64,000 nucleotides of DNA from Scyliorhinus canicula (lineage: Eukaryota), in NCBI RefSeq assembly GCF_902713615.1, contig NC_052176.1, forward strand, positions 11,422,243-11,486,242. Direction: 5' to 3'. Numbering within the stretch: position 1 is the first letter of the stretch; each line of letters starts with the position of its first letter. The position numbers and the translations under genes are program-made. Below, piece by piece: positions 24,714 through 39,064 of this stretch. The notes below the pieces were generated by a model. The model searched no databases and had not been told where the DNA came from. It saw nothing but the letters and a program-made list of their open reading frames with translations.

Positions 24714-26725
24714 CCCTGTTGGGGGATCTGAGGTGTGCAGTCCCCGGTAAAAGTCCTCAAAGGTCTTGTTAACCTTGTTTGGGTCTGTTTCTAGTGTGCC
24801 TCTGTTGTGCCACATTTGCACAGCCTTCCTGTTGGCTGCTCAGCTGGCCTTCTCTGCTGGTGTGCCAACAGGCGGCTGGCTTTGTCCCCGTGTTTGTATA
24901 GGGTTCCCCGTGCTTGGTGGAGTTGGTGCATTGCTTTACTCGTGGAGAGCAGGTCAAAGTCCATTTGTTGCTTTTCCCTCTCTGCCAAGAGCTCTATTGT
25001 TGGGGCTGACTGCTGCCTAGCCACTCTCTCCTCTCTCCCTTTGTGCTTTAAAGGCAATAGTTTCCCTCCACTCACGGCCTTTAGCTCCTCCCAGACACGG
25101 AGGCTGAGACCTCCCCATTTTGGTTGTTTGGCGTAATCTCCGCTATGGCCTGTGATACCCTCTCGCTGAAAGCCATGTTGGCCAGTAGGGCAGCGCCCAA
25201 CCTCTATGTGGGGCATTGGGTACTGCCCATCTCCAACCTCACATCCATATAATGTGGAGCATGGTCTGAGATTACGATTACGGAGACTCCGCCTTGACCA
25301 GCCCTGGGAGCACCGATTTTCCAACCAGAAAGAAGTGACTCCTCAAGTATATGTTGTGGACTGGTGAGAACAAGGAGAAATCCTGCTGCCCTGGGTGGGT
25401 GAACCTCCCACCGCCCCCATCTGCCCCATGAAGTGACCGGGTTCCTTCGCCATGTTCAAGGTCTTCCCCGTTCCGGGGTTTGAGCTGTCTGTCCATGTGT
25501 CCTGTACACAGTTAAAGTCCCCGCCCACCCCCCACCATGATCAGTCGGTGTGTCGCTATGTAGGGGATTTCTGCCTTTGTCTTGTTAATGAATTTTGCGT
25601 TGTCCCAGTTGAGAGTGTTCACGTTGACAGTACTACCGGTGCGCCGTCCAACCATGACGTACCATCCCCCTGGGTCCGTTACCGTCATCGTCACCTTAAA
25701 CATAGTCCTGTTCTTTAACAGAATCACTACCCCCCAGGCCCTCGTCCCATGGCAGGAATGGTAAGTCTGTCCCACCCAGCCCTTCCTTAGCCACAGCCGG
25801 TCCTGTTCTCTCAGGTGTGTCTCTTGGAGGACGACTATGTCGGCTCTCATGTTTCTTCGGTGGGTGAAAACTCTGGATCTTTTCACTGGGCCTTTGAGTC
25901 CCTTGACATTCCAGGTTACCAGTTCCCTTTTCCCATCACCTCCCCTTCCCGTCCCCCCTCTCCCATCTCCTTTCCCTTCCCCTCCCCCCTCTCCCATCTC
26001 CATTCCCTTCCCCTCCCCCCTCTCCCTTCCCCTCCCCCCTCTCCCATCTCCTTTCCCTTCCCCTCCCCCTCTGTCCCCTTTCCCTGAGCTATTTTTCCCC
26101 TATACTTCTCCGTCCCTGCTGTTTGTTCCCACTCCCCCTGCCAGGCACTGCCCCCCCCCCCCCCCCCCCCCCCCCGCGGCCTCCATCTGCTGCATGTTCC
26201 CAGCGTTAGCTCTCCTGCTAGTGTGCTGACCCTCCTCCCGGGAGTTACTGTCCCGCTGTCCTCCCACCCAATCTCTGTGGTTTCTGTATGTTCTTTCCAC
26301 ATCATGCCCGACACTTGGTCCTCCGCCTTTTGCCCTTGTCTACACGTATAGGGCCAGCATCTTCCGCCTCTTCGTCAGTCAGTTGTGTTGTGGGGGGTGG
26401 AGGAGGGGGTGAGGTTCTTTTCTCCCCCTCCCCCCTCCAATTGTTGGTTTGCCAATGCGCTGCCGCTCTTCGCCTGGACCCCTCCGCCTCTCCTGTGGTC
26501 ACGGCCCCAGCCCGCAGTCTGTGACAAACGTATCTGCTTCAGTTGGGGCCTTAAAAACAATATTTTTTGCCCTGGTATGTGACCCAGGCCTGGCTGGATA
26601 TAACATTCTTAAGTGAACGCCGCTTTCGTACAGCGCTGCTTTGGCCCTGTTAAATCCAGCTCTGCACATGGCCAGGTCAGCCCCAATGTCCTGATAAATT
26701 CAGAGTCTGTGTCCTTCCCAATTTC
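24714..26725 (-). mobile_element. degenerate L1-clade LINE (ORF1 C-terminus, inter-ORF purine tract, APE endonuclease)
   Basis: LVTWNVKGL..IVVLQETHL..GVVILL and GGDFNC. IYQDIGADLA..RAGFNRAKAALY at about 26630-26700. A possible 5' UTR extends to about 27110. Confidence 0.85.
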
Positions 26726-27329
26726 AGTTCCTCATGTTTAAAAATAAAAAACCAATGAGGAGACAATAAAATGGAGTTCTGCTCCGATCGGGCTGAGAAG
26801 CCCGAAGTGCCGGGACCTGCGCAGGAGACCACCCACGATGCAGTCGTCAATCACCCCAGCCCCGGAGAGAGAGAAGGTGAACAAAACCCCGAGAAATGGA
26901 GAGAGGCCCACAATTCAAACAAGAACGAAAACAGAGAGAGAGACAAAAGGGACCAAGGGGAGAGAGACCCCACGAGACAGAGAGAAGTAAAGACCCACGG
27001 GAGGAGACAAGAAGAGGGGCAAAACACACCTCCAAAAAGACGGAGTTCTCCTTTGATCAGCCCGAACTGCTGGCACCAGTGGAGGAGCCGCCCACTATGC
27101 TGGCACTGTGTCTTCACTTACAATTCTTTAGTTGCTCACCCAATAGACCTTTTTTTTCTCTTCCCCTGTACTCTGGTAAGTGCCTCCTTATGCCAAGATC
27201 TGAACTTTCCAAAATATTTCAATTGCTGCACTTGAAGGTGTTTTTGATTGTAGTGGAGAGCCTCCACGTGTGAGCTACCCCCTCTGAACTCAGCCCCCCT
27301 CTGTTTAGACTCATAACTCATTTTCCAAA

Positions 27330-28470
27330 TTCCCCTCATTTCACACATTCACAGGTTTCCATATTCCCCTTGTTTTGCACACTCTCCTTGTTTTACACAG
27401 TCCTATGGTTTACACATTATCCTGGTTAACCCACTCATCTGCTCAATACACTCCCCTGTTCCACACACGACCCTGGTTTACACATTTCCAATAGTTAACA
27501 CACTCCCCATGTTTACCCACTCCTCTGTTATGCTTGGCTTTACACACTCCCCTGCTTTTACACACTCTGCAAGTTTACATATGCTTTTCTTGTCCACACT
27601 CTCCTGCTTATAAGCACTCCCCTGGTTCACATTCACCACAAATTCTATAAACTCCTGGTTTTAACTCCCCAGGTTTTATCCATTTCAACAAATACACACA
27701 CTCATATTGTGTAATTGTCGGGTTTTCACAATCCTCTCTTAAACATTCTTATACGCCTGGTTTTACACACACACCTGGTATTACAGCCTCAAATTTTACA
27801 TGTATTGTACAATCACTGGGTTTGCACACTGCCCGGCTTACACACTTCATAGGGTTTTACACAATCCCGGTTCACAGACACCCAGCTTGCACAATCACTT
27901 ACTTTTTCACACTTTCCTTGTTAACACACTTGCACCCATGGCTTTGCACGATCCATTGGTTGTACACCCATCCCTGACTTTACACACTTCCAGTTTATGT
28001 AATTCTATTACAGGAGAGTGAGTGAACAAGGGGAGCGAGCGAAGCAGGGGAGCGAGCGAAGCAGGGGAGTGAGCGAACCAGGGGAGTGAGCGAAGCAGGG
28101 GAGCGAGCGAAGCAGGGGAGCGAGTGAAGCAGGGGAGCGAGCGAAGCAGGGGAGCGAGCGAAGCAGGGGAGCGAGCGAAGCAGGGGAGCGAGCGAACGAA
28201 GCAGGGGAGCGAGCGAAGCAGGGAACGTGCGAACCAGGGGAGCGAGTGAACCAGGGGTAGTGTGTAAAACAGCACAGTATTTAATTCCCGGATATGATAA
28301 CAAATAGCCGTGTGTGTGAAGAACCAGAGTGTGTGAGCAGGGGTGTGTGTTAAACCAGGCAAATGTATAAACCAGGGGCTGTGGAAACCAGGAGAGTGAG
28401 AAAACTAGGAATGTGCTAAACCAGGAGTGTGTGCAAAATTAGGGCAGTGAGTAAAGCAGTTGATTGTATA
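27330..28470. repeat. ACACTCCCCTG-family minisatellite that reverses orientation at about 28010; homogeneous 17-bp GAGCGAGCGAAGCAGGG block at 28020-28255
   Basis: Direct reading of the repeat units. Confidence 0.8.
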
Positions 28471-28479
28471 AATCAAATT

Positions 28480-28775
28480 CACTTTGAAATTGGAAATGGG
28501 TGATAATGAAGTGAATCAGTGAAATGGTAGTTTGCAGAAAGTGTGAGTTTGAGGGGCTGAGTGACAGTGTAATAACAAACAAGCTGCAGGCAATGACTGC
28601 AAATTGAATATCTCATTGGGACAAACACACAGCTACAAAGGTGATTGAATGACCCCTGGGGCGCAAGGGCCACTTGCACCCACACACACACAGTCCCCCC
28701 AAAACGGGCTCTGTCGGAGATTTCACTCTATATGTGATGACAGTGAAATGGGGAATATTCCCATTGATTCTCAAA
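28480..28775 (+). promoter_or_regulatory. repeated module, copy C (upstream half only, cut after the GGGAATATTCCC palindrome)
   Basis: Homology to 16890-17150 ends at TTGATTCTCAA. Confidence 0.6.
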
Positions 28776-30131
28776 GTACCAGGGACTGATACATACAGGA
28801 TAAATCTGGCACAGAGATTTTGGCAAAGAATGAAAACTGCTGATGAAATGTCAAATTCACTCTCACTACCAGTGGCAACCTCACAATGAGCTGTTGTTTG
28901 TGTATCGGACCACACCCCAACATTTGTTAGGATACCGGACAAGAAACTGCAAACATCTTTTTCAATTTGTAAATTGAAAATTGTACATTAACTCAATGTA
29001 CAGAATAAACCCGATGTACAGCTCAAACGTACAGAATAAACTCTATGTACAGCTCAAATGTACAGAATAAACTCGATGTACAGCTCAAATGTACAGAATA
29101 AACTCGATGTACAGCTCAAATGTACAGAATAAACATGAAGGTGACATCACATACCTTAAAGAGGAGGTGCAGATCATAATCCACATTCGCTTACCAAAAA
29201 CACACTTGTAATAAATTTAAAACGTGACAATTACTTTTCAGAAACCAAAAGACGCAGACAATATATTCATATACTTGTGACAGAAAAGTGCACAAATATT
29301 CAATTTTGTCACATCAGAATGGATAGGAGTAGAGAAAACTATGTCTTAATGAATCAGAAATTTAAAAAGATGGAATAGTTTACTTTAATGTTTTCAGGAA
29401 CTCAAATGAGTAGATAAAACAAAATAAGATACTGAGCTATGAGAGATTGAGGTGAACATATTAACACATAGAGCCACACTGAAAACTGTGATAGATGCAC
29501 GATATAACACAATGTTCCAATTCACTGGAATATACAGAGTGAAAACAACACTCACATGGCAGCAGTGGACATTCTCAGTGAAAAGCGGGACAGATATACC
29601 ACATACTGGCAGCTTTATGAGTATAAACATGCTTCCATTCATCTATTTAAAGAAATAGAGATTAATATCTACCCTTTGCAGAAACATAAGGTTGCAGCAC
29701 AAACCCAGAATCTATGTATCAGAAACTCTGGGAAACAGAGTACAATAGACAGTGACATATACAGACTCGGCTGACTCATGGGAAGTTAGACCTAATACAA
29801 TTGTAGTTAGAAGAACGACAATCAACTTTCTTAAAAGATATAGGTATCAGAGAGGATGTTGCTGTGAAAATCCTACTTTCCTGCACCGTACCATCTGTGA
29901 CAGGTCAAGAAGGAAAACAGTAATGACATACTGTACCGGAGACTGATACATACAGGATAAATCCGGCACAGAGATATTTGACAAAGAATGAAGACTGCTG
30001 ATGAAATGTCAAACTCACACTCACTTTCCGTGGCATCCTCACAATGAGCTGTTGTTAGTGTATCGGATCACACCCCAACTTTTGTTAGGACACCGGACAA
30101 CAAACTGCAAACATTTTTTTCAATTTGTAAA
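28776..30131 (+). repeat. ~200-bp direct repeat pair (28776-28973 and 29933-30131)
   Basis: Both read GTACC.G.GACTGATACATACAGGATAAAT...TTTTCAATTTGTAAA. Confidence 0.9.
28997..29134. repeat. 31-bp tandem repeat (~4.5 copies)
   Basis: Unit TGTACAGAATAAACTCGATGTACAGCTCAAA. Confidence 0.9.
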
Positions 30132-30334
30132 ACTGTGAGGAAAGGAAATTTGTCCCCAGGAGTGATGACACTGACCAATATATTAAAACAAACTTTAATT
30201 TAAACACAGAATTAATCACATTAACATTAAAGCACCAGCTTTACAATTAACAGTCAATCCTATACTCTCGCAGATTGTCAGGTAAAGAATCAATTACATA
30301 TTCACAAAGAAAAAAAAACATATGATAGAGAGAG

Positions 30335-30467
30335 AGAAATACAGCACAGAACAGCCCCTTTGGCCCAAGATGTTGTGCCGAACTTTTGTCCTAGTTTTAT
30401 CATGGAAGTTTGGACACCAAGGGCAATTTATCATGGCCAATCCACCCAACCTGCGCATCTTTGGACT
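30335..30467 (-). mobile_element. truncated SINE/CR1-tail composite
   Basis: V-SINE core joined to the CTAGGACAAAAGTTCGGCACAACATC tail, as at 24430-24713. Confidence 0.7.
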
Positions 30468-31254
30468 GATATTGACAGTTATGTGAGAAATTTCACTCCA
30501 GTGCACCTGAGGAAACAAGAATTTGCAGTATGAGTCACATGGTTGCATTGCTTTCAGAGACAGTCTTACAAAGAATCATATCCATATCGAGATTCCAGAA
30601 AATGACAGATCCAGACAGGAATGTAGGGGATTATGGATTAGTGCAAAACGCACATTCTGAATCAGAGAATGGTGAATCGAAAACAAAAACCAGAACAATT
30701 CATTTGCAGCGAATAATAGATGCAGAATGACTTGGATACTGACATTGTGGCCCAGTGGTGAACCGATACTGGATAAACATATTTCATATACAGACCACTA
30801 TTGGTTTTAGTATATATGTTTGAATGTGGGCATTATCAAAAAGTACCTTCCTAATAGCTGTGTTTAAGGTGGCTGTGGACTGCCTTCTTTCACCCTCGTA
30901 GCCTGTCTGCCGAAGCTACATCGATAGAACAAGGGCACAACAAAGAACACACCAACAATAAACATGCAAACACACAAAAACCCCACAGTTGCATCCCAAT
31001 AACTGATAGGGTAAATAAAACAAACATTCAAAAACAGATGCAGATACTGAGTTATCACAACATCCACATTCCCGTGACTGAAATATTCAGAGTAAATTCC
31101 ACATCCAATTAGCAGAGTAAAGAACAGGCATCAAGTAAACCTCCATTGTGTTGCAGTAACTGACACATGCAGCACAGAACCAACATTCTGACATTGGGAA
31201 CAGACAAGTGAAGATTAAAACGCATTGTTACATAAAGGAAACTGACAGAGACTT

Positions 31255-31599
31255 AGAATTTACAGTGCCGAAGGAGGCTATTCGGCCCATCGAGTCTGCA
31301 CCGGCTCCTGGAAAGAGCATCCTACCCAAGGTCCACACCTCCACCCTATCCCCATAACCCAGTAACCCCACCCAACATTAAGGGCAATTTTGGACACTAA
31401 GGACAATTTAGCATGGCCAATCCCCTAACCTGCACGTCTTTGGACTGTGGGAGGAAACCGGGGCACCCGGAGGAAACCCACACACACGCACGGGGAGGAT
31501 GTGCAGACTCCGCACAGACAGTGACCCAAGCCGGGAATCGAACCTGAAACCCGGGAGCTGTGAAGCGATTGTGCTCTCCACAATGCTACCGTGCTGCCC
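31255..31599 (-). mobile_element. V-SINE (HE1-like)
   Basis: Full head-core-tail structure. Absent from the paralogous block near 55920. Confidence 0.9.
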
Positions 31600-32057
31600 T
31601 TAATACACATTCACTTCCCGTATTTAACAGGCACAGGAGAAAAACGACTTTCCATCCATGGCAGAACTAACCTGTGGAGAGAAAATAGACAATGAGACAG
31701 CTGTACAGCAGAAAATACTGATTCACAAACTGGAAACTGTCAGCTCAATAGTAAATGAGCAAAACAAACTCATATGAGACTGTAATGGGTTTGCAGTGAT
31801 CCCATTCACTGTCCAAAAATTACAGATAAAGTGTAATGTGTTTCCTTCTACATTGAAAATACAGGTAAACCAAATTCACACATAATAAATTGACAAATTC
31901 AAAGTGCAGCCAGCATTTACTACGGTACGAATATGACAAAAATAGAATAAGATAGTCACCAAATAATGGCACGCAAAATAAAATTGACATGAAGCTAGTA
32001 GAAATGGAATACTAGATTAATATCTCCAATCACAGATTAGAAAGCCGGTTCACCCCG

Positions 32058-32447
32058 ACACTCACACTGTATCAGAGTGTCAGTAAATCCCACACTCACA
32101 CAGTGTATCAGAGTGAGTAAATCCCACACTCACACTGTATCAGAGTGAGTAAATCCCACACTCACACACTGTATCAGAGTGACAGTAAATCCCACACTCA
32201 CACACTGTATCAGAGAGTGAGTAAATCCCACACTCACACACTGTATCAGAGAGTGAGTAAATCCCACACTCACACACTGTATCAGAGAGTGAGTAAATAC
32301 CACACTCACACACTGTATCAGAGAGTGAGTAAATCCCACACTCACACACTGTATCAGAGAGTGAGTAAATCCCACACTCACACTGTATCAGAGAGTGAGT
32401 AAATCCCACACTCTCACACAGTATCAGAGTGAGTAACTCACACACTG
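32058..32447. repeat. 36-bp minisatellite upstream of the second H2B (reverse orientation of 6026-6700)
   Basis: Unit ACTGTATCAGAGAGTGAGTAAATCCCACACTCACAC, about 11 copies. Confidence 0.95.
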
Positions 32448-32708
32448 ACAAACTTGGACTGGAGACATTCTTTCTGAAATGCATTTGCTGTTTGTCGTAA
32501 GGAGGTTACTGATTGGTGGAAAATCCTAAATCTGATTGGTCTGTTCAGATATCCAATAAAATAAACAGAACATAACTGGCTGTTCTCATTTTCACATTGT
32601 CCAATCACAATCATTCCTTTCCCCATTCCTCATTAGCATAGATGTGAGGCTCTGTCTATTTAAGCAGCGCTCGGAAGGGGTTTGCTTTATTTCTGGGTGA
32701 AACTGAAG

Positions 32709-33095
32709 ATGGCTGACGAGAAGAAACAAACATCGAAACCAGCTGCCAAGAAGGGAGCCAAGAAAGTCATTAAGAAACCGGCAGTAAAGGGCGGCAAGAA
32801 GCGGCGAAGGTCGAGGAAGGAGAGTTACTCCATCTACATCTACAAAGTGATGAAGCAGGTTCACCCCGACACCGGCATCTCCTCCAAGGCCATGAGCATC
32901 ATGAACTCGTTCGTCAGCGATATTTTCGAGCGTATCGCGGGTGAGGCTTCCCGCCTGGCCCATTACAACAAGCGCCACACCATCAGCTCCCGGGAGATCC
33001 AGACCGCCGTGCGCCTGCTGCTGCCCGGGGAACTGGCCAAGCACGCCGTGTCGGAAGGGACAAAGGCGGTCACCAAGTACACCAGCTCCAAGTAA
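32709..33095 (+). CDS. H2B: histone H2B
   Basis: [15 protein letters not shown]...KYTSSK, ATG at 32709. CCAAT, ATTAGCAT and TATTTAA upstream. Confidence 0.97.
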   Translation: MADEKKQTSKPAAKKGAKKVIKKPAVKGGKKRRRSRKESYSIYIYKVMKQVHPDTGISSKAMSIMNSFVSDIFERIAGEASRLAHYNKRHTISSREIQTAVRLLLPGELAKHAVSEGTKAVTKYTSSK

Positions 33096-33132
33096 AACTG
33101 CACAATGGACTGAAAACCACCCCAAACACAAC

Positions 33133-33148
33133 GGCTCTTTTAAGAGCC
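33133..33148 (+). terminator. histone 3' stem-loop (H2B)
   Basis: GGCTCTTTTAAGAGCC-ACCCA. Confidence 0.95.
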
Positions 33149-34139
33149 ACCCACAACTTCTGTAAAGCAGCCAAACCATCATACTTTAAATTATCGGTTT
33201 ATTTCTATTATGAATATCCAGATCCGTTTTAATAGTGTTTCACTACAACAACATCCTGTATAATGCCGAGTTATCGTCATGTCGATCTCTGTATGTTGTT
33301 TATAAAATCCCATCATTTAGTGATGCTCGGTGACCGCTTCATACTCGGCTGCTGTCGCTGGATTTGGAGAGAGAATAGAACTCCAATACCTCCCGTAGCA
33401 TTTGTGTTCAGCCTTACAAATTACTCCCTTTCCATTTATGTTCATGTTCACACTCAATGATCGAGAGCACCCCGGTGGTGTGGGTAAACTCCATTTCAAT
33501 ACTGACACTAGCTCCAAACTGCTCACTCCACTTTTAACACTGAGAAAGCGGCAGCAGTCTACAATATGAATAAATGTTATTATGTTTGCAGATGGCTGTG
33601 AATTAGACACTGTCGGCGGCTGAGAGCATTTTAAACAACAGCCAGATTAAACCTGTGGAGTCAGTTCCCCTTCTACAGATCCTAAACGTTTCTCTCCACA
33701 GATGATACCAGACACGCTGAGTTGATCCAGCATTTTCTCTTTAATTCACATTTGCAGCCTCCGCATTATTTTGGTTTAATTTATTTTGGGTTTGTTGTCA
33801 GTTACAGAGACAAAATCAGAAACTGACAGATAATGGGAAACTAGACGCGGGAAAGAGAGAGAATCCAACAATCTTATACTCAAATCATTTAGTCACATTT
33901 TTTATTCAATTTTATCTGTTTTATATTTTCGAGCCCATTTAAGATTTGAAATAAATATTCGGTTGGAATCTGAACATTTGGCGCCCAAACTTTCCGCCCT
34001 CAGCACCGTGGGATTCTCCTGATTGGTGCTTCAAACAGATATCTGATTGGTCACTTTGTAGCCGGCTCCACAATGTTGTTGAGATAACCAATCAGCAATG
34101 TGTGCACCGCCATTCCTCCTGAAGCTATAAGAGAAGTGA

Positions 34140-34577
<438 letters not shown>

Positions 34578-34607
34578 AGCGACCATTCTTTAATCTAATA
34601 ACCCAAA

Positions 34608-34623
34608 GGCTCTTTTCAGAGCC
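34608..34623 (+). terminator. histone 3' stem-loop (H2A)
   Basis: CCAAA-GGCTCTTTTCAGAGCC-ACTCA. Confidence 0.95.
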
Positions 34624-35050
34624 ACTCACTTTATCTGAATAAGGGCGACCTGTTCTCAATCCGCTTAGTGCCGTGTTTGTGAGAATTTCCCTGAGGCTTC
34701 AGGCTGGAATGAGAGCTTTCCCCGGTGTTGGTATTTACCGGAGGGCGGCAGTTTCTAGCGGGCTGGCTTTCTGAAACTGTCCATTTATGTGCAATGGGTC
34801 TGCGGGGTTTCAGAATTCATTCCCGCTCTCATTACAATGTCAGTGCTCACTGTGCGGTTACAGGGCTGACTGCGGAGAAAGGTTTTGTGTTTCACTCTGC
34901 AGCACGTTCATATCGCCGTGAAAAGAGTAATCAATGACAGGAAACATTTCCTATTATAATGCGAAATTTTGCCTCAAAATCGCGAAACCAGCTCCATGCG
35001 ATATTCTGCTGCCATTCTAAGGTCAGTGCTCTCAATGTGAGAATTTGGGC

Positions 35051-35066
35051 GGCTCTTAAAAGAGCC
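35051..35066 (-). terminator. histone 3' stem-loop (H4)
   Basis: Minus strand CCAAA-GGCTCTTTTAAGAGCC. Confidence 0.95.
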
Positions 35067-35099
35067 TTTGGGTTTTGTTACATTGCTAAATGGAGTTTC

Positions 35100-35420
<321 letters not shown>

Positions 35421-35654
35421 TCAGTCAAATGGCTGCTGAATGAGAGACGAGCTGCTGCACTTTCCTTTATTATACAGCCCGCCCCGACCTGACTGAGAAA
35501 GAGAGAGAGGCGGGGAGCAGACTGAGTGACAGACAGAGCAGTGAAATGTCTTTGACCATCCAGCTCCGCCTCCTGCCTGCTCCAACCCACATTTTATATT
35601 CCAAACAGAAGTGAACAGAGCGCGCTGAACAACACCGACAATCAGCAACATGAT

Positions 35655-35922
35655 GGGCTGCACAGTGCTCAGCACTGCTGCCTCACAGCGCCAGGGACCC
35701 GGGTTCACTCTGACCCTGACATTCTGTGTCTCTGTGGGTTTCCTCACACAGTAAAGATTCGCAGGTTAGGTGGATTGGCTGTGCTAAATTAACCCTTTGT
35801 GTCTAAGGATGTGCATGTTGGATGGAGTTGCGAGCGAGTGGGCCTGGGTAGACTTACTCTTTCAGAGAGTCGCTGTGGACTCGATGGACTGAATGGCCTC
35901 CTTCTGCACTGTAGTAATTATA
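35655..35922 (+). mobile_element. degenerate V-SINE
   Basis: GCACTGCTGCCTCACAGCGCCAGGGACCCGGGTTC head and GGCCTCCTTCTGCACTGT tail. Confidence 0.75.
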
Positions 35923-36624
35923 TGGGAAAGATCTCGGTGTTGCTGGACGTGGTGCAGGTCTGGCCCATTTCCCAGTCCTGTGCGCAGCAGTCACCCGAGC
36001 CATCATCAAGTTCATCTGGAGATCACAGGGACCCATATACAAAATATACAAACAGAAGGGACAGCATATACAGATCTCTGGATAAGGGAGGGACAAACAT
36101 ACCCAAGGCCGTCCTCACCTTGCTGTCCACCTGTGTGTGTGGCTACATCAAGCTGTGCGTGGGCCCCCAGTACACAAACACCAAGTGTCACTACGTACTG
36201 AGGTTCTATCTGTCCCGGGTGTTACGAAGGATGGATCTGGCTTCATTGCCGCTGGATGCTCTGGTCCTAGGACCGTGTCATAACACCTGTCCCTCAAGGA
36301 AACATTTGTTCAAGAAAAACAGCTTTGGACACAAGGCAATCAAGCAGTAGTCTGCACGTAATGTCTTCAATTCCCTTGGGGATAAGGAGATGGTGGATCA
36401 TGTCAGATGGTTCCCCTGTGCAGACTGTCAGAGGCATCTGGCAGATCATCTCATCACCAGAACTTTCAAACAAGCAGCAAGACCCAGCTTGGATGGTGGT
36501 GAGAAGGGCCCTCCCTGTCATATCCTTCATGCACACAAAGTCTCAACACCGTCTCACACTGCCCTCAAACTGGCTGCTCCATGTGGTTACTCACCTCCAT
36601 GTGGAATGTGCCTTTCCAAAGAAT

Positions 36625-37545
36625 GTCTGAAGAGAGAAAGTTTGTGGATGACACCAAGGTTGGTGGAGTGGCAGATAGTGTTGAGGATTGTCAGAGGATA
36701 CAGCAGGACAAACATAGGTTGGAGACTTGGGCATAGAAATGGCAAATGTAGTTTAATCTGGACCAATGGGAGGGAATGCATTTTGGTCGGTTTAACATCG
36801 AGGGGAAATATATCGTAAATGGCAAAACTGAGGAATGTAGAAAGTCGGAGAGTTCTGACTCGCAGGTCCACAGATCCTTGAAGGTGGCAACAGAAGTGTA
36901 CAAGGTAGTCAAGAAAACATACGGAATGCCTGCTTTCATTGGATGGAGCATCAACTATAAAAACTGACAAGTCATGCTACAGCTGTATAGAACCTTGTTA
37001 AGGACGCACTTGGAATATTGTGCACAATTCAGGTCACCACACTACCAGAAGGATGTGGAGTCTTTGGAGAGGATGCAGTGGAGATTTATCAGGTTGTTGC
37101 CTGGTCTGAAAAGTGTGAGCTATATGGAGAGGCTGAATAGACTCAGACTGTTTTCATTAGAAATTCAGAATTTGAGGTGTGATCTGATAAAGGCTGACAA
37201 CATTCTGAGGGGCATGGATGGAGTGAATGGGCAGGCAATCTTTCCCAGGGTGGAGGGGTCAGTCACCAGGGGGCATAGATTTAAGGCGCTCAGAGAAAAG
37301 CTCACAGAGGATGTGCGAGGCAGGTATTTTACGCAGACAGTGGTGAAGAGCAAGGACCGCGTTGCCAGGGGAGGTTGTAGAAGCAGATACATTACGGCGG
37401 TCAAAAGTCATCTTGACAAACACATGGATAGGATGGGTATAGAGGGATATGGCGCAAGGAAGTGCTGAGGGTTTTGGCAAAGGTTGGTATCATGACCTGT
37501 ACAGGTTTGGAGGGCCGAAGTTACTGCTCCTGTGCTGTATTGTTA
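36625..37545 (+). mobile_element. 5'-truncated CR1 LINE
   Basis: DDTKVGGV and LQLYRTLLRTHLEYCAQF..TRGHRFK, with tail CCTGTGCTGTATTGTT. Confidence 0.88.
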
Positions 37546-38055
37546 TTTGTTTGAGAGATGCATTGTTATTTGTCCAGGTTAATCCCGAGCAGGTCTGTGA
37601 CACAGGACTCTGTGCTCTCCAGGCTATTCCCAGGGACACACACTGAGACAAACATCAACTGCTGCTGGAGGATCATAAACTCTGTGTATAACTCACTTTG
37701 ATCTGCCCGAAACCTGTTGAACTTCCAGGGTAAAGAATTGTCCTTGACTGATTGTTGCAGATGGGCACATTCCAAAGTCCAGGACTACGTGCTGAGGGAC
37801 GCACTCAGGTTTGGGGTACCCAGCATCAAGGCTCAATGGGGAAAGGCCACTGTGTAAGTTCTTCCAGCAAATGTCCACCGAGGGGCTGGTAACCGGGTAA
37901 ACCACTCACCCCCTGGTGTGTGTGATTAACACTAAAGAGGGGCTGGTAACCATGATTAAACCCCCCGGTCTGGGTGATTAACACTAAAGAGGGGCTGGTA
38001 ACTGTGTAAAAGAAACCCGTTCTGTGTGATTAGCATACAACAGGTTTGTTTCAAA

Positions 38056-38090
38056 CACGAGCTTTCGGAGCACCGCTCCTTCCTCAGGTG
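38056..38090 (-). ncRNA. minimal hammerhead ribozyme motif
   Basis: Minus strand CAC-CTGAGGA-A-GGAGC-GGT-GCTCC-GAAA-GC-TC-GTG. Confidence 0.7.
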
Positions 38091-39029
38091 AATGGAGAGG
38101 TATGAATGGGATATGGCGCTCAACTCATCGATCGACAGTTCCAACGCGCCACAGCAAAAAACCGCACCGACCTCCTCAGAAGACAAACACAGGACACAAC
38201 TGACAGAGTACCCTTTGTCGTCCAGTACATCCCTGGGCCGGAGAAACAATGATATCTTCTTTGCAGCCTTCACCACATCATCAATGAAGATGAACATCTT
38301 GCCAAGGTCATCCCCACACCCCCACTACTTGCCTTCAAACAACCGCACAACCTCAAACAAACCATTGTTTGCAGCAAATTACCCAGCCTTCTGAACAGCA
38401 ACCATGACACCACACAACCCTGCCAGGGCAATCTCTGCAAGACATGCCAGATCATCGCCATGGATAGCACCATTACATATGGTAACACCACCCACAAGGT
38501 ACGCGGCACATACTCGTGCGACTCAACCAATGTAATCTACCTCATACGCTGCAGGAAAGGATGTCCCGAAGCGTGGTACATTGGCGAGACCACTGCGACA
38601 AAGAATGAATGGGCATCGTGCGACAATCACCAGGCAGGAATGTTCCCTTCCAGTCAGGGAACACTTCAGCAGTCAAGGTCATTCAGCCGCTGATCTCTGG
38701 GTAAGCATTCCCCAAGGCAGTCTTCAGGACACGCGACAACGTAGAATTGCCGAGCAAAAACTTATAGCTAAGTTCCGCACACATGAGTGCGGCCTCAACC
38801 GGGATCTTGGATTCATGTCGCATTACATTCACCCCCCACCATCTGGCCTGGACTTGCAAAATCCTACCAGCTGTCCTGGCTTGAGACAATTCACACCTCT
38901 TTAACCTGGGATCACCCCCTATTTCTGGATCTGTAATGATTTGATTACCTGCAAATGCTCACATTCCAAGCATTGTCCAGCATCTCTGACTTTGTCTATA
39001 TGAATGTTTCTGGAACATACCTCTCCTTT

Positions 39030-39064
39030 CACCTGAGGAAGGAGCAGTGCTCCGAAAGCTCGTG
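39030..39064 (+). ncRNA. minimal hammerhead ribozyme motif
   Basis: CAC-CTGAGGA-A-GGAGC-AGT-GCTCC-GAAA-GC-TC-GTG in the pLTR downstream of the GIY-YIG ORF. Confidence 0.72.

Noticed and set aside
33660-33780. Possible second-family Penelope terminal fragment between H2B and H2A
   Set aside because: Too degenerate to support from this window alone, and no hammerhead core remains.
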